From Methanobacteriota archaeon (lineage in GTDB: Archaea > Thermoplasmatota > Poseidoniia > Poseidoniales > Thalassarchaeaceae): a stretch of DNA of 49,428 nucleotides. Shown one piece after another: positions 9,845 through 18,867 of this stretch. Location: assembly GCA_002683155.1 (NCBI GenBank), contig NYST01000009.1:7963-57390 (forward strand). Reading direction: 5' to 3'. The stretch's first letter is position 1. Every line of letters begins with the position of its first letter. The translations under genes were made by a program, and so were the position numbers. The notes beneath the pieces were generated by a model that was not told the origin of the DNA, did no database searches, and saw nothing but the letters and a program-made list of their open reading frames with translations.

Positions 9845-10131
9845 AGATATTCCAGAAGGTTATCTGATCCTCCGACAAAGATGGGCGCATCACCTCGCAT
9901 ATCAAACACAACAGGAACTGTGCGATGCCCGGTTTCTATGACTACTTCCTTGCGGAGACCTTCGAAGTTATCGAGGTTGACTTCTGAATAGGTTAGGCCC
10001 TTCGAATCAAGGGTCCTGAATGCTCGGGTACAGTATGGGCAGATCGTCTGTGTGAAGACTAGGAAGTCCTCATTTGAGGACTCTATTATGTCATGCAGGC
10101 GTGACAGCGTCACCGCCCCCATCTTCCCCAT
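9841..10131 (-). CDS. Glutaredoxin
   Basis: FTQTICPYCTRA (CPYC active site), TVPVVF and FVGGSD. Start placed at an internal ATG (10131 or 10122). Either start overlaps the 3' end of the upstream S8-MFS gene by about 30-40 nt. Confidence 0.8.
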   Translation of the reverse strand: MGKMGAVTLSRLHDIIESSNEDFLVFTQTICPYCTRAFRTLDSKGLTYSEVNLDNFEGLRKEVVIETGHRTVPVVFDMRGDAPIFVGGSDNLLEYL

Positions 10132-13100
10132 CCCACCATGCAGACTCCCCCAAGTCTGCATCCATGACTTCGTCGTCTTCGGATTTGTTCTCGAGAACCC
10201 GATTGCACTCATCAGGATCTATGAACACTAGGAAAACCACGGTAATCATGGTAAGTGCGGCACCCACATAGATGGCGGTCGCGTAGTCGTTATCGAAAAT
10301 CTCCAACATCCTCCCTGTGAAAGTATAGGCCATCACGGCTGATAGGTTGAACATCGACATGTAAGCTGTGAATTGGGTGCCGCCGACCTTGCTCCATGTC
10401 ATCTTCATCGCTACTGCAATTACACAAATCCAAGCAACTCCATTGATCAATCCGCGGATAATCAGATATGTTGTCATGATTGCCGTATTTGTCCAGAATG
10501 GCTGCAGGACTGCCAGCATTGCGTTTGACAATGCTAGGCATGTGAATCCGATCATTGCAACTCTCCTGACTCCGAATCTGTCGCCAAGCATACCGCCGGA
10601 GATTTGGCCTATCATTGTGGCAAATATCACCACCCCCCCTACTATGACGTTGTACTTCTCCTGCTCCCAACCTGCCCTATTGATGAATATGTCAAGCACG
10701 ATTGGGTCCACGAACAAGTACAGCTCAGAGAGGAGGCACAGGAAGATGAGCAAGAAGGACGACCTTAGTGAGAATGCCTTTGTGAGATTAAAAGTGGTCT
10801 GCGCGAGTGTCCTTCTTGCCCCAAATGGAAGTAAGGAGAATGGATTCTTGACCTTTGGAATGGTAAATGCCCGAGACATCAAAGAGACTGCCAATGCAAG
10901 GACTAACCCCCAAAATGCATATTTCTTTGCAACACCATATCCGGAGACAGTTAGATCCACGGACAGAATTGCATACAACAGGCCCAGGACAAAGATCGTC
11001 AATGAAATGATGGTGATGAGGGCGGCTAGTGGGATCTTTTCGTCAAATGTTGATTTTCCAACAGCCTTTGCAGCCCACCACCTTGACTCTTCTGGTTCTT
11101 CCCAGTATAGTGACTCATCGACTGCTGCCACTTCCACGGAGTCTTGATCGCCCGAAGAATCCCCTCCTGAATCCTTGTCTGACTTGCCAGACCATGGGAA
11201 GAGTCGCGTACCTGGCTTCTCATAGAGGAATAGTGGCAGGAGCATGATTAGGAGGAGGAGGGGGAGTTGAACGGATAGCATTCCCCTAATGCCTATCTTG
11301 GTGGCGAATCCTCCCAAAACCGCTCCCCCGATAATCATCCCTGCCCGCTTAGATGCGAACATGTACCCGTTCGCCTTTGAGACCTCGTCATCGTGAAGAA
11401 CGTCAACTGCTAGAGCATCGGTACTAACGTCTTGGAGGGATGCGAAGATATTGTGTATGAATAGGAGTTTGATCACCAAACCGAGTTCGTTCTTCAGATC
11501 TGGAATTAGAAGAAGGGTCCCTATAGAGGCAGCCATTCCGAACTGGGCGAAAATAATCCATAGCCTCCTAGATCCGAATTGAGGCATGTTCACAGTATCA
11601 ATCACCGGCCCCCATATCCACTTGAAGGTCCAAGGGAGAGCAATTGTGGCGAATAGGGTGGCGATCTCTTGTGGGGTGAGTCCATTGTCTGCTAGATATG
11701 CCGCGAAGGCTACTGAGGCGAATCCCCAGGGGAGGCCTTGGGCGAAGTAGAGCACGCATAGGGAGACCATTCGCCTGAGTCTGTTCTCAGTCAGGCTCTT
11801 TCCTTCGAACCACTCCTGGACTAGTTGTTCTCTGTTGAATATAACAAATCCAACCAATACGGAAAGCATCAACCCTACACCGATTATCAGGATGTTGGAA
11901 CTGCTTGAACCCCCCGAGCCACCTCCGGATGTCGCGGGCGTGTCGAGCAGAATTACTCGGCGGGCGTCTACTGGGGAGATATGCTCCTCATCGACGACTA
12001 GTCTAGCGAAAATGGTAGAGTTCCCGGACTCCTGGTGGGGATCAAGGCGGATACTCCAGAGTGACCAGTCTTCCAGTGGTGAGTCGTCCTCTGCCTCCTT
12101 CCAATCCCCGCCTCCGACACGAATCTCGACCCGAGTAGTTGGCTGACCTATCCCTGCTCCTGACGAGTGGCCATTGATGTAGCTCTCGTTGCCGATTTCT
12201 TGCAGGGTCTCCATTTCCATTGAGACATTGAGTGAACGATCGATGCTTCCTGCCGCCTCTACAAATGCTGTGGGGTCCGCCTGCCCATATCCAAACTCAT
12301 TGTCTGGTCTGGTCTCGAGAATACTACAATCGTTGAATCCCGGGTCATCAAGGAGCTGGACATCCCTCTCTATCGAATGTGCTGCAATTATTGACTTGAA
12401 CTCCGTAGGAGTCAGATCAGGATTGGCTTGAACCATCAATGCGGCGATTCCTGCCATTAGAGGAGTAGCCATACTCGTTCCTGACTTGCCGGTGTAGCCG
12501 TCCTGAGTAGCTGCATCGGGAGCCATTATGTCAGAGCCGATTGTTGCGACATCCGGTTTTACCCTGAGATCTGAAGTGTACCCCCTGCTGCTGTATATTG
12601 CAAGTCCTAGATCCTTGTCCAAACTGGCCACTGTAACCGGCAATTGCGCATCCCCAGGGCTATCTATCGTATTACAACCGGCTATGGTTACCCCGCCGAA
12701 TTCGTTCCCTGCCGATAGAGTCGTGATGATTCCTGCTTCGACGACCATGTCCATCTGTCGGCTCCATGCCGAACTCCCATCATTGTCCACATGTACCTCA
12801 AATTGCTGTTCCCCCAAGGAAGAAGTGACAATGTCGATTCCATACTTTTCCTTGTTGTCAATTGCCCACTGGGCCCCTTGCATCACATCCTCAATATCGC
12901 CATCACAGCAACCTAGTATGTTGATCAGATGGGCTCCGGGGGCGGCTCCGACGTACCTCAGACCCGTTGTGGGATCGGTCTGGCCACCTCCGGAGCCAGC
13001 TGCAATTCCTGCAACGTGGCTTCCGTGAGTCCCAGAGTCATAGGATGTTGATGGGTCTTGCTCCTCGTCGGTGAAGACTGCATCGAAGAATGCGATTATC

Positions 13101-13804
13101 TTGGGGTCGCAGTCCGCTGGAATGGGCTGTGGTTCAGGATTCAGGGGATCTGGCTCGGGAGGATCATCGATACAGGTAAATGGGTCGTCGTCCATATCGT
13201 TGAGGCCCTCGTGATCGCCACGTACCCCCGTGTCCAGAATGGCAATCACAGAACCTGTACCATCGAGCCCGAAGTCTTCCCACACTGTGTCGACGCCCAT
13301 GTTTGGAACCGCCTCGTGCATGTTGACCTCGGCGAGTCCAAGATCCTCGACCATCACCACGCCATTCAGGGATCGGATACCTCCTTCGTCTATGATTGGA
13401 GCGATTGGAGATGTGCCAGAAACCGTGTTCAAATATCCAAATCTGAAGGTAACTTCCACTCCAAGTGACTCTAGTGCAGAGATATCGGCATCTGTCGGAT
13501 GGTGGTCATAGTCGACGAAAATACGAGCACTTCCCTCGGGAGCCCTCTTCCACCAGTCCCTCTGAGTTTGTTCCGGTTGCTCGATCAACCATTCCAATCT
13601 GTCGTCAAGGGAGTTAGAATCCTTGTCTCGACTCCAATGAGTCCACCAATTCCAGTGAATGTCTGACTCTACACTGGGCACCCAATCCCCATTTGCATCG
13701 AATCCTCCTTGTCGTGACGGCTCAAAGGAGATTGAGGATGATACCAATGGTGCGATTAAGACCAATAGGGCGAGGGATGCAAACATATGGCGGCGGTCGG
13801 CCAT
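10091..13804 (-). CDS. Fusion protein: secreted subtilisin-like serine protease (S8), single adaptor TM helix, AmpG/PAT-family MFS permease
   Basis: N-terminal signal-like segment. S8 triad motifs are AILDTGV (D191), HGSHVAGIAAG (H260), SAGNE (N367) and SGTSMATPLMAG (S444). A Gly/Ser linker (TSGGGSGGSSSS) leads into the TM helix ILIIGVGLMLSVLVGFVIF. MFS signatures follow: GLPWGF, LPWTFKWIWGPVIDT, FGSRRLW, ASLQDVSTDALAVDVL. Confidence 0.85.
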   Translation of the reverse strand: MADRRHMFASLALLVLIAPLVSSSISFEPSRQGGFDANGDWVPSVESDIHWNWWTHWSRDKDSNSLDDRLEWLIEQPEQTQRDWWKRAPEGSARIFVDYDHHPTDADISALESLGVEVTFRFGYLNTVSGTSPIAPIIDEGGIRSLNGVVMVEDLGLAEVNMHEAVPNMGVDTVWEDFGLDGTGSVIAILDTGVRGDHEGLNDMDDDPFTCIDDPPEPDPLNPEPQPIPADCDPKIIAFFDAVFTDEEQDPSTSYDSGTHGSHVAGIAAGSGGGQTDPTTGLRYVGAAPGAHLINILGCCDGDIEDVMQGAQWAIDNKEKYGIDIVTSSLGEQQFEVHVDNDGSSAWSRQMDMVVEAGIITTLSAGNEFGGVTIAGCNTIDSPGDAQLPVTVASLDKDLGLAIYSSRGYTSDLRVKPDVATIGSDIMAPDAATQDGYTGKSGTSMATPLMAGIAALMVQANPDLTPTEFKSIIAAHSIERDVQLLDDPGFNDCSILETRPDNEFGYGQADPTAFVEAAGSIDRSLNVSMEMETLQEIGNESYINGHSSGAGIGQPTTRVEIRVGGGDWKEAEDDSPLEDWSLWSIRLDPHQESGNSTIFARLVVDEEHISPVDARRVILLDTPATSGGGSGGSSSSNILIIGVGLMLSVLVGFVIFNREQLVQEWFEGKSLTENRLRRMVSLCVLYFAQGLPWGFASVAFAAYLADNGLTPQEIATLFATIALPWTFKWIWGPVIDTVNMPQFGSRRLWIIFAQFGMAASIGTLLLIPDLKNELGLVIKLLFIHNIFASLQDVSTDALAVDVLHDDEVSKANGYMFASKRAGMIIGGAVLGGFATKIGIRGMLSVQLPLLLLIMLLPLFLYEKPGTRLFPWSGKSDKDSGGDSSGDQDSVEVAAVDESLYWEEPEESRWWAAKAVGKSTFDEKIPLAALITIISLTIFVLGLLYAILSVDLTVSGYGVAKKYAFWGLVLALAVSLMSRAFTIPKVKNPFSLLPFGARRTLAQTTFNLTKAFSLRSSFLLIFLCLLSELYLFVDPIVLDIFINRAGWEQEKYNVIVGGVVIFATMIGQISGGMLGDRFGVRRVAMIGFTCLALSNAMLAVLQPFWTNTAIMTTYLIIRGLINGVAWICVIAVAMKMTWSKVGGTQFTAYMSMFNLSAVMAYTFTGRMLEIFDNDYATAIYVGAALTMITVVFLVFIDPDECNRVLENKSEDDEVMDADLGESAWWDGEDGGGDAVTPA

Positions 13805-13849
13805 GGATGCTCGGGCAAACGGTCATGTTTGAGATTTCGTGCTTGACTA

Positions 13850-14722
13850 TCAATCGTGAATCAGGACTCCTTTGTCCTCGAAATCCCAATCAATTATCTC
13901 CCATTTGGCTCCTTCTATGGCCTGAATTACCTCTTCACGCCCAGTGGAAGAGCACAGAATTGCTGAGCACCCCCCGCCGCCAGCCCCCAACGCTTTCCAA
14001 GCTACAGCAGAACCACTGTCGATGAGTGGCTGCACCACATCCCTGAAGGGATCGTGGATTGCATCGTCAATCAAGTCAACGCCCTCGCATACTTCATTCA
14101 ATGAAGCAACTACCATGTCTCTGCGATCTTGTTGGAGGCCCTGGGCCATCACCCTAGCTGCACCTCTGATCTTATGTAGGCCACTGATAACCTCCGGATC
14201 CCCATTTGAGTATCGAGACCACACTGATTTTTGCATATCTCCGGAATTCCTGGTTTTACCGGAGAATGAGATGACGAGATGCTTCTTCAGCCAATTCATT
14301 GACGACCTCATTGGCTCAAATGGCATCCTCTCGACCGAATCCCCAATGAACAGCAGATGGTTGAAACCCCCTACTGCTGATGCCCACTGATCTTGCCTAC
14401 CGCAGTAATTGCCGGATTCGGACTCCAGAACAAACGCTTCCTCGGCTAGTTTCACCGGATCTTCAATTTGATCAGGAGAGTTCAGCGCGGACAATGCGAC
14501 ATTCATGGCTGAGCTAGTTCCCAATCCGGATCCCCTGGGTACTGGAAACTCAAAGTGTGTCTCTGAAACACCTGAATCTGGGCCAAGTCGGGCGAACACC
14601 CTGAGATTAATTGCGAAGTTTACGACTTCTCCTCCGAAGTCCCCGGGATATGGGCCCACGTCGGTCCACCCGCCAGCAAGGTCAACTCGGACAGGCGATG
14701 AAGATGAGGTGCCCCCTGCCAT
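13850..14722 (-). CDS. GHMP-family sugar kinase (HddA / fucokinase-like subgroup)
   Basis: RVDLAGGWTDV, PRGSGLGTSSAM (GHMP motif II), GRQDQWASAVGG, GAGGGG. Confidence 0.8.
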   Translation of the reverse strand: MAGGTSSSSPVRVDLAGGWTDVGPYPGDFGGEVVNFAINLRVFARLGPDSGVSETHFEFPVPRGSGLGTSSAMNVALSALNSPDQIEDPVKLAEEAFVLESESGNYCGRQDQWASAVGGFNHLLFIGDSVERMPFEPMRSSMNWLKKHLVISFSGKTRNSGDMQKSVWSRYSNGDPEVISGLHKIRGAARVMAQGLQQDRRDMVVASLNEVCEGVDLIDDAIHDPFRDVVQPLIDSGSAVAWKALGAGGGGCSAILCSSTGREEVIQAIEGAKWEIIDWDFEDKGVLIHD

Positions 14723-14782
14723 AATTCCAGTGGGGTTTGCTACTAGACATCATTATTTCTAGACCGAAAGTATCGGGTATCA

Positions 14783-15514
14783 ATGGCCCCTCCGCGAGGC
14801 ATGGACGACGGAGTTGCTAGAGCGATTTCTGCATTCAAGTCAGGGAATCCTGTAATGATCTTTGATTCTGATTTCAGAGAGAAAGAGACAGATCTACTAT
14901 GGCCCGCAACATCGGCTACACCAGAGGTAATTAGGAGACTGCGCAAAGACTGCGGAGGACTTCTCTTCCTAGCAATAGGAAATGAAATCGGGGAAATGTT
15001 CGGACTCCCGTGGCTACAGGACATCCATTCTCACGATACCTTGATCGGAGAGAACCCTGTACTTGGGCATCTAGTAACAAACGACCTTCAGTACGATTCA
15101 AGATCTGCGTTCACTCTTTCTTTGAACCATAGGGAGACGTACACGGGAATTACCGACAGGGACAGAGCTCTGACAACAAGAAGGTTCGGAGAGCTGTCTG
15201 GGGAATTGATAGATATTGGTGCAATGGGCGACTTCGCTCTGTCCCAATTAGGAAAGGAATTCAGGACCCCGGGACATATCCCTGTGTGTAGAGAGTCGCC
15301 TGGAGGGCTCAAGACGAGGGAGGGGCACACTGAATTGGCAGTGTCCATAGCCAGATTGGCAGGGTTGGTCCCTTGTACAATTGGTGCCGAGATGCTAGAG
15401 CCGGATGGCGATGGTGCGTTGACCTTGGAAGGGGCCAGAGATTATGCAGATAGGTATGGGATTCCAATGATTACTGGGGAACAGATTTCCACTGCTTTCG
15501 ATGAAAAGGATTAG
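14783..15514 (+). CDS. ribB: 3,4-dihydroxy-2-butanone-4-phosphate synthase, archaeal type
   Basis: FDSDFREKETDLLWPA, LRKDCGGLL, SLNHRETYTGITDRDRA, EFRTPGHIP, REGHTELAVSIARLAGLVP. These align along the whole length with archaeal RibB as I remember it. Confidence 0.85.
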   Translation: MAPPRGMDDGVARAISAFKSGNPVMIFDSDFREKETDLLWPATSATPEVIRRLRKDCGGLLFLAIGNEIGEMFGLPWLQDIHSHDTLIGENPVLGHLVTNDLQYDSRSAFTLSLNHRETYTGITDRDRALTTRRFGELSGELIDIGAMGDFALSQLGKEFRTPGHIPVCRESPGGLKTREGHTELAVSIARLAGLVPCTIGAEMLEPDGDGALTLEGARDYADRYGIPMITGEQISTAFDEKD

Positions 15515-15537
15515 GCGAAGATATCAACGGGGTCTCA

Positions 15538-15999
15538 ATGATGGTCAGAGTGATGGCAGTAGGTATTTTCGACCTACTCCATGCTGGTCATTTGCACTAC
15601 GTCGAGCAAGCAAAATCGCTTGGTGACGAGCTTATTGTCGTCATTGCCCACGATGAGACCGTAAGGAAGCAGAAACACGAGCCAGTTACTGGTCAGAAGT
15701 TGAGGAGAAGAATGGTGGAAGGCCTGAAACCAGTTGATAGAGCGATTATTGGAAATCCGCCCGGAGTTCCCATTTTCGAGATACTTGAGGATGTGAAGCC
15801 AGACATTATTGCTCTGGGTTATGATCAGAAGCACTCTATTGACGCAATTAGGTCTGGCTTGGACAAAGCTGGCTTCGGAAAGGTGGAAGTGACGCGAGTG
15901 GAAGGCTTGTCGGACGACCTAGATGGCACAAGGAAGATTATTGCAAGGATTCTAGATTTGTGGCCCAGTACAGAGGGCGGGCCCTATGAGGAGGACTGA
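15538..15999 (+). CDS. ribL: FAD synthetase (FMN adenylyltransferase), archaeal RibL type
   Basis: Cytidylyltransferase-fold motif GIFDLLHAGHLHY, then AKSLGDELIVVIAHDETV and LKPVDRAI. About 150 aa, as for RibL. Confidence 0.85.
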   Translation: MMVRVMAVGIFDLLHAGHLHYVEQAKSLGDELIVVIAHDETVRKQKHEPVTGQKLRRRMVEGLKPVDRAIIGNPPGVPIFEILEDVKPDIIALGYDQKHSIDAIRSGLDKAGFGKVEVTRVEGLSDDLDGTRKIIARILDLWPSTEGGPYEED

Positions 16000-16001
16000 G
16001 C

Positions 16002-16601
16002 GTGTTTACGGGAATTGTAGCTGGTACTGCGCCTATTCTGAGAATTGACGAAGGCGAGGGGATTCGCAAAATAACAGTGGATCTGGGAGATTTCTTAGAC
16101 GGACTCGAAACTGGAGCAAGCGTATCCCTAGATGGGGTATGCATGACTGTGGTTAGCATAGATTCCGGACTGGTGACCTTTGATGCTATTTCGGAGACTC
16201 TGGACAGGACAACCTTGTCAGATAGGTCGGAGGGCGATTTGCTTAACGTCGAGAGGTCGATGAGGCTCGGAGATGAGTTGGGGGGGCATATCCTATCCGG
16301 GCACGTAATGGGAACGGCGGAAATCATAGAGTCGAGGACGGTTGGAGAGGGATTGGATCTCCTCATCTCCATGCCTGATGGATGCTCCCCATTCATACTG
16401 GAAAAGGGATTCATTGCTGTTGATGGAATGTCTCTAACTATTGGGAAATGCGATGAGGGGAGTTTCGGTTTGCATATTATTCCAGAGACACTCAGAATCA
16501 CCACTCTGGATAAGAAGGTCGTAGGAGACAGGGTAAACATTGAGATAGACTCGAGAACCCAAGCAGTAGTGGAGACGATGCTCAGGATGGGTAAATCATG
16601 A
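16002..16601 (+). CDS. ribE: Riboflavin synthase (bacterial/eukaryotic-type alpha chain, two lumazine-binding repeats)
   Basis: GTG start followed by FTGIVAG. There is an internal duplication (SLDGVCMTV and AVDGMSLTI). 199 aa. Confidence 0.9.
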   Translation: MFTGIVAGTAPILRIDEGEGIRKITVDLGDFLDGLETGASVSLDGVCMTVVSIDSGLVTFDAISETLDRTTLSDRSEGDLLNVERSMRLGDELGGHILSGHVMGTAEIIESRTVGEGLDLLISMPDGCSPFILEKGFIAVDGMSLTIGKCDEGSFGLHIIPETLRITTLDKKVVGDRVNIEIDSRTQAVVETMLRMGKS

Positions 16602-16993
16602 ATCTTGGAATTGTTTGTGGGTCTTTTCATCGCGAGGAAGTAGAGAGGATGCTTGAATTTGCCAAAGATGAGGCGGCTTCCAAGAATTTGCAAGTGCGGG
16701 ATGTCGTTTGGATCCCCGGTTCTATGGAGGCACCCCTTGCTCTTGACAGGATGCTCCATGATGAAGAAATCCATGGAGCCATTGTCTTGGGAATTATCGA
16801 ACGTGGTGAGACCGATCATGGCCTTGTAATGGGCAATTCTGTTACCATGTCAATTATTGAATTGCAAATCAAGCATAACAAGCCGATTGGATTGGGAATA
16901 ATCGGTCCTGGGGCCGAGCCTGAGCACATTGAGCCTAGGCTAGAGCCACACGCTAGGTCCGCGGTTGGTGCGGTCGCAGCGATGTCAGCGTGA
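16598..16993 (+). CDS. ribH: 6,7-dimethyl-8-ribityllumazine synthase
   Basis: IPGSMEAPLAL, GAIVLGIIERGETDH, KPIGLGIIGPG. Its start overlaps the ribE stop by 4 nt. Confidence 0.8.
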   Translation: MNLGIVCGSFHREEVERMLEFAKDEAASKNLQVRDVVWIPGSMEAPLALDRMLHDEEIHGAIVLGIIERGETDHGLVMGNSVTMSIIELQIKHNKPIGLGIIGPGAEPEHIEPRLEPHARSAVGAVAAMSA

Positions 16994-17002
16994 ACGAAGG
17001 CA

Positions 17003-17323
17003 TCATTCGCCCGGAAGGCGCATTGAAGGCAACTCAGTGGAAGTGGCAGCTTCCATCCCCTCGACAGTAATTAGAGGAGTAAGCTTTCCATTGAAAACTC
17101 CCGATGCTCCAACGTAGAGTGAGAACTTTACGGCCATTTCCTCTGGGATGTCGGCAATCATAAGAAAATCCATCTCTCCGAAAGACCAGTAGTAAGCTTC
17201 CAGGGACCCCCCCATTGCTTCCACTATCCTCTCGGCTTCTTCCTTTCTCGCTTTGCCCCCGTCCTTTAGCAGGCCAGCAGCACCTTCCTTAGTGTAGTTT
17301 CCAGAATACATGTATTTTGGCAT
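17003..17323 (-). CDS. GYD-domain protein
   Basis: MPKYMYSGNYTKEG...EAYYWSFGEMDFLMIADIPEE; about 100 aa, typical of the GYD family. Confidence 0.8.
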   Translation of the reverse strand: MPKYMYSGNYTKEGAAGLLKDGGKARKEEAERIVEAMGGSLEAYYWSFGEMDFLMIADIPEEMAVKFSLYVGASGVFNGKLTPLITVEGMEAATSTELPSMRLPGE

Positions 17324-17435
17324 GAGTAGCCCTCTTGATGGTTGTTATATTACGATTTCTTTCTCGATTTTTCCCTTATTCGATGGAGTGGTAAGACTGT
17401 CAAGATTCAAGGGATGCCTTACACCTCGGTGACTT

Positions 17436-18365
17436 ATGGGCGAGGACGTCAGGAGCGTGATCATTGTTGGTTCAGGCCCTGCAGGTTACACTGCTGGACT
17501 ATACTCGGCCAGAGCCTTGCTGAGTCCTTTGATGTTCGCCGGGTACATGTCAGGAGGACAGTTGATGCTAACATCGGATGTTGAGAACTTCCCTGGATAT
17601 CCAAAGGGAATTGGCGGGCCGGAGATGATGGTCGACATGAGGGAACAGGCCGAAAGATTCGGTTTGGAGGTCCAAGACAAGAACGTGGAAAGAGTCGATC
17701 TTTCGCAACGTCCCTTTGGAGTTTGGGTGGAAGGGGAGGAGTTCAGGGCAGAATCGCTGATTATTTGCACTGGGGCGGAGGCGATTTGGCTTGGTGCAGA
17801 AGGTGAAGAGGAGCAGAAGGGGCGTGGAATTTCGACATGCGCCACTTGTGACGGTGCTTTCTTCCGAGACGAAGAAATCATCGTTGTCGGGGGTGGAGAT
17901 TCGGCAATGGAAGAAGCTACCTTCCTAACGAGGTTTGCAAGCAAGGTTACAGTCATCCACAGGAGGGATGTTTTCAAGGCGTCAAAGGTGATGTACGAGA
18001 GGGCAGAGGGTCATCCAAAGATAGAGATCAAGCCATTCAGGCAGGTGAAAAGGTGGCTTGCCAACGAACAAGGCCTTACTGGTGCCATTCTGGAAGACCC
18101 CAGGGATGGATCGGAGGAGGAGATAAGTTGTGCTGGTGCTTTTATTGCGATAGGCCATAAGCCAATTACCAGCTTCCTAGAAAATCAGTTGGAAACTGAC
18201 TCGGAGGGATACATCGTCCACAAGACGAATACAATGACGGCAATTCCGGGAGTGTTTGCTGCTGGGGATGTTGTGGACAAAAGGTACAGACAAGCGATTA
18301 CGGCTGCTGGGATGGGTTGTCAGGCTGCAATAGATGCTGAGAGATGGCTAGAAGATCAGCACTGA
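17436..18365 (+). CDS. trxB: Thioredoxin-disulfide reductase
   Basis: IIVGSGPAGYTAGLY, redox-active CATCDG, VVGGGDSAMEEA, GVFAAGDV. Confidence 0.92.
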   Translation: MGEDVRSVIIVGSGPAGYTAGLYSARALLSPLMFAGYMSGGQLMLTSDVENFPGYPKGIGGPEMMVDMREQAERFGLEVQDKNVERVDLSQRPFGVWVEGEEFRAESLIICTGAEAIWLGAEGEEEQKGRGISTCATCDGAFFRDEEIIVVGGGDSAMEEATFLTRFASKVTVIHRRDVFKASKVMYERAEGHPKIEIKPFRQVKRWLANEQGLTGAILEDPRDGSEEEISCAGAFIAIGHKPITSFLENQLETDSEGYIVHKTNTMTAIPGVFAAGDVVDKRYRQAITAAGMGCQAAIDAERWLEDQH

Positions 18366-18375
18366 GGTAGTTAGG

Positions 18376-18789
18376 TTGGTAGAATTCGGAGTATTCAGTG
18401 ATAGAGAAAACTGGTTAGAGAGAAGTTGGTTATCTCATCGAATTGGGGATCTGTTCTACATCTCTCATACAATTGTCACACTTTGGTGCGCCATACTTTG
18501 GTTGGGACCTCACCAATGGATGTGGTGGGGCGTCATCATCCTATACTCGGCCACAGAAATACTCTGGTTCTTTCGGGGTCAATTCTGTATTCTTTCCGAT
18601 CTTGAAAGGTACTTCAAGGGAGTCCCTAGACCCGAGGATCCACTGAATCAAAACTTTATTCGCAGACTTTGGTATTTATTTTTCCGAAGAGAGATTTCAA
18701 CTGAGACGGCATATATTTTGACTCGAGTATGGGGGCGATTAGGTTTCTCTGTGGCTATTATTAGACTTTACATGGGTGGGGCCTTCTGA
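18376..18789 (+). CDS. Hypothetical membrane protein (tentatively DUF2784-like)
   Basis: 137 aa with 3-4 hydrophobic helices and a non-ATG start in the track. The family assignment is tentative. Confidence 0.5.
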   Translation: MVEFGVFSDRENWLERSWLSHRIGDLFYISHTIVTLWCAILWLGPHQWMWWGVIILYSATEILWFFRGQFCILSDLERYFKGVPRPEDPLNQNFIRRLWYLFFRREISTETAYILTRVWGRLGFSVAIIRLYMGGAF

Positions 18790-18867
18790 GGCATTTTGCT
18801 AGATGAAGCCCAGATGTGATCACCAATCAAACAGCCAATAGGGAGTGAAAAAGAGACCGAAGATACC

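Noticed and set aside
10368-13028. Several + strand ORFs (10368-11147, 11835-12146, 12189-12431, 12528-13028) opposite the S8-MFS gene
   Set aside because: All are antisense shadows of one continuous 1237-aa ORF with strong protease and MFS motifs, and all have low-complexity Ser/Pro/Thr-rich translations.
15938-16819. 293-aa minus-strand ORF spanning ribE and ribH
   Set aside because: It is antisense to two genes with unambiguous motifs. The product is Ser/Pro/Thr-rich and low in complexity, which is typical of a shadow ORF.
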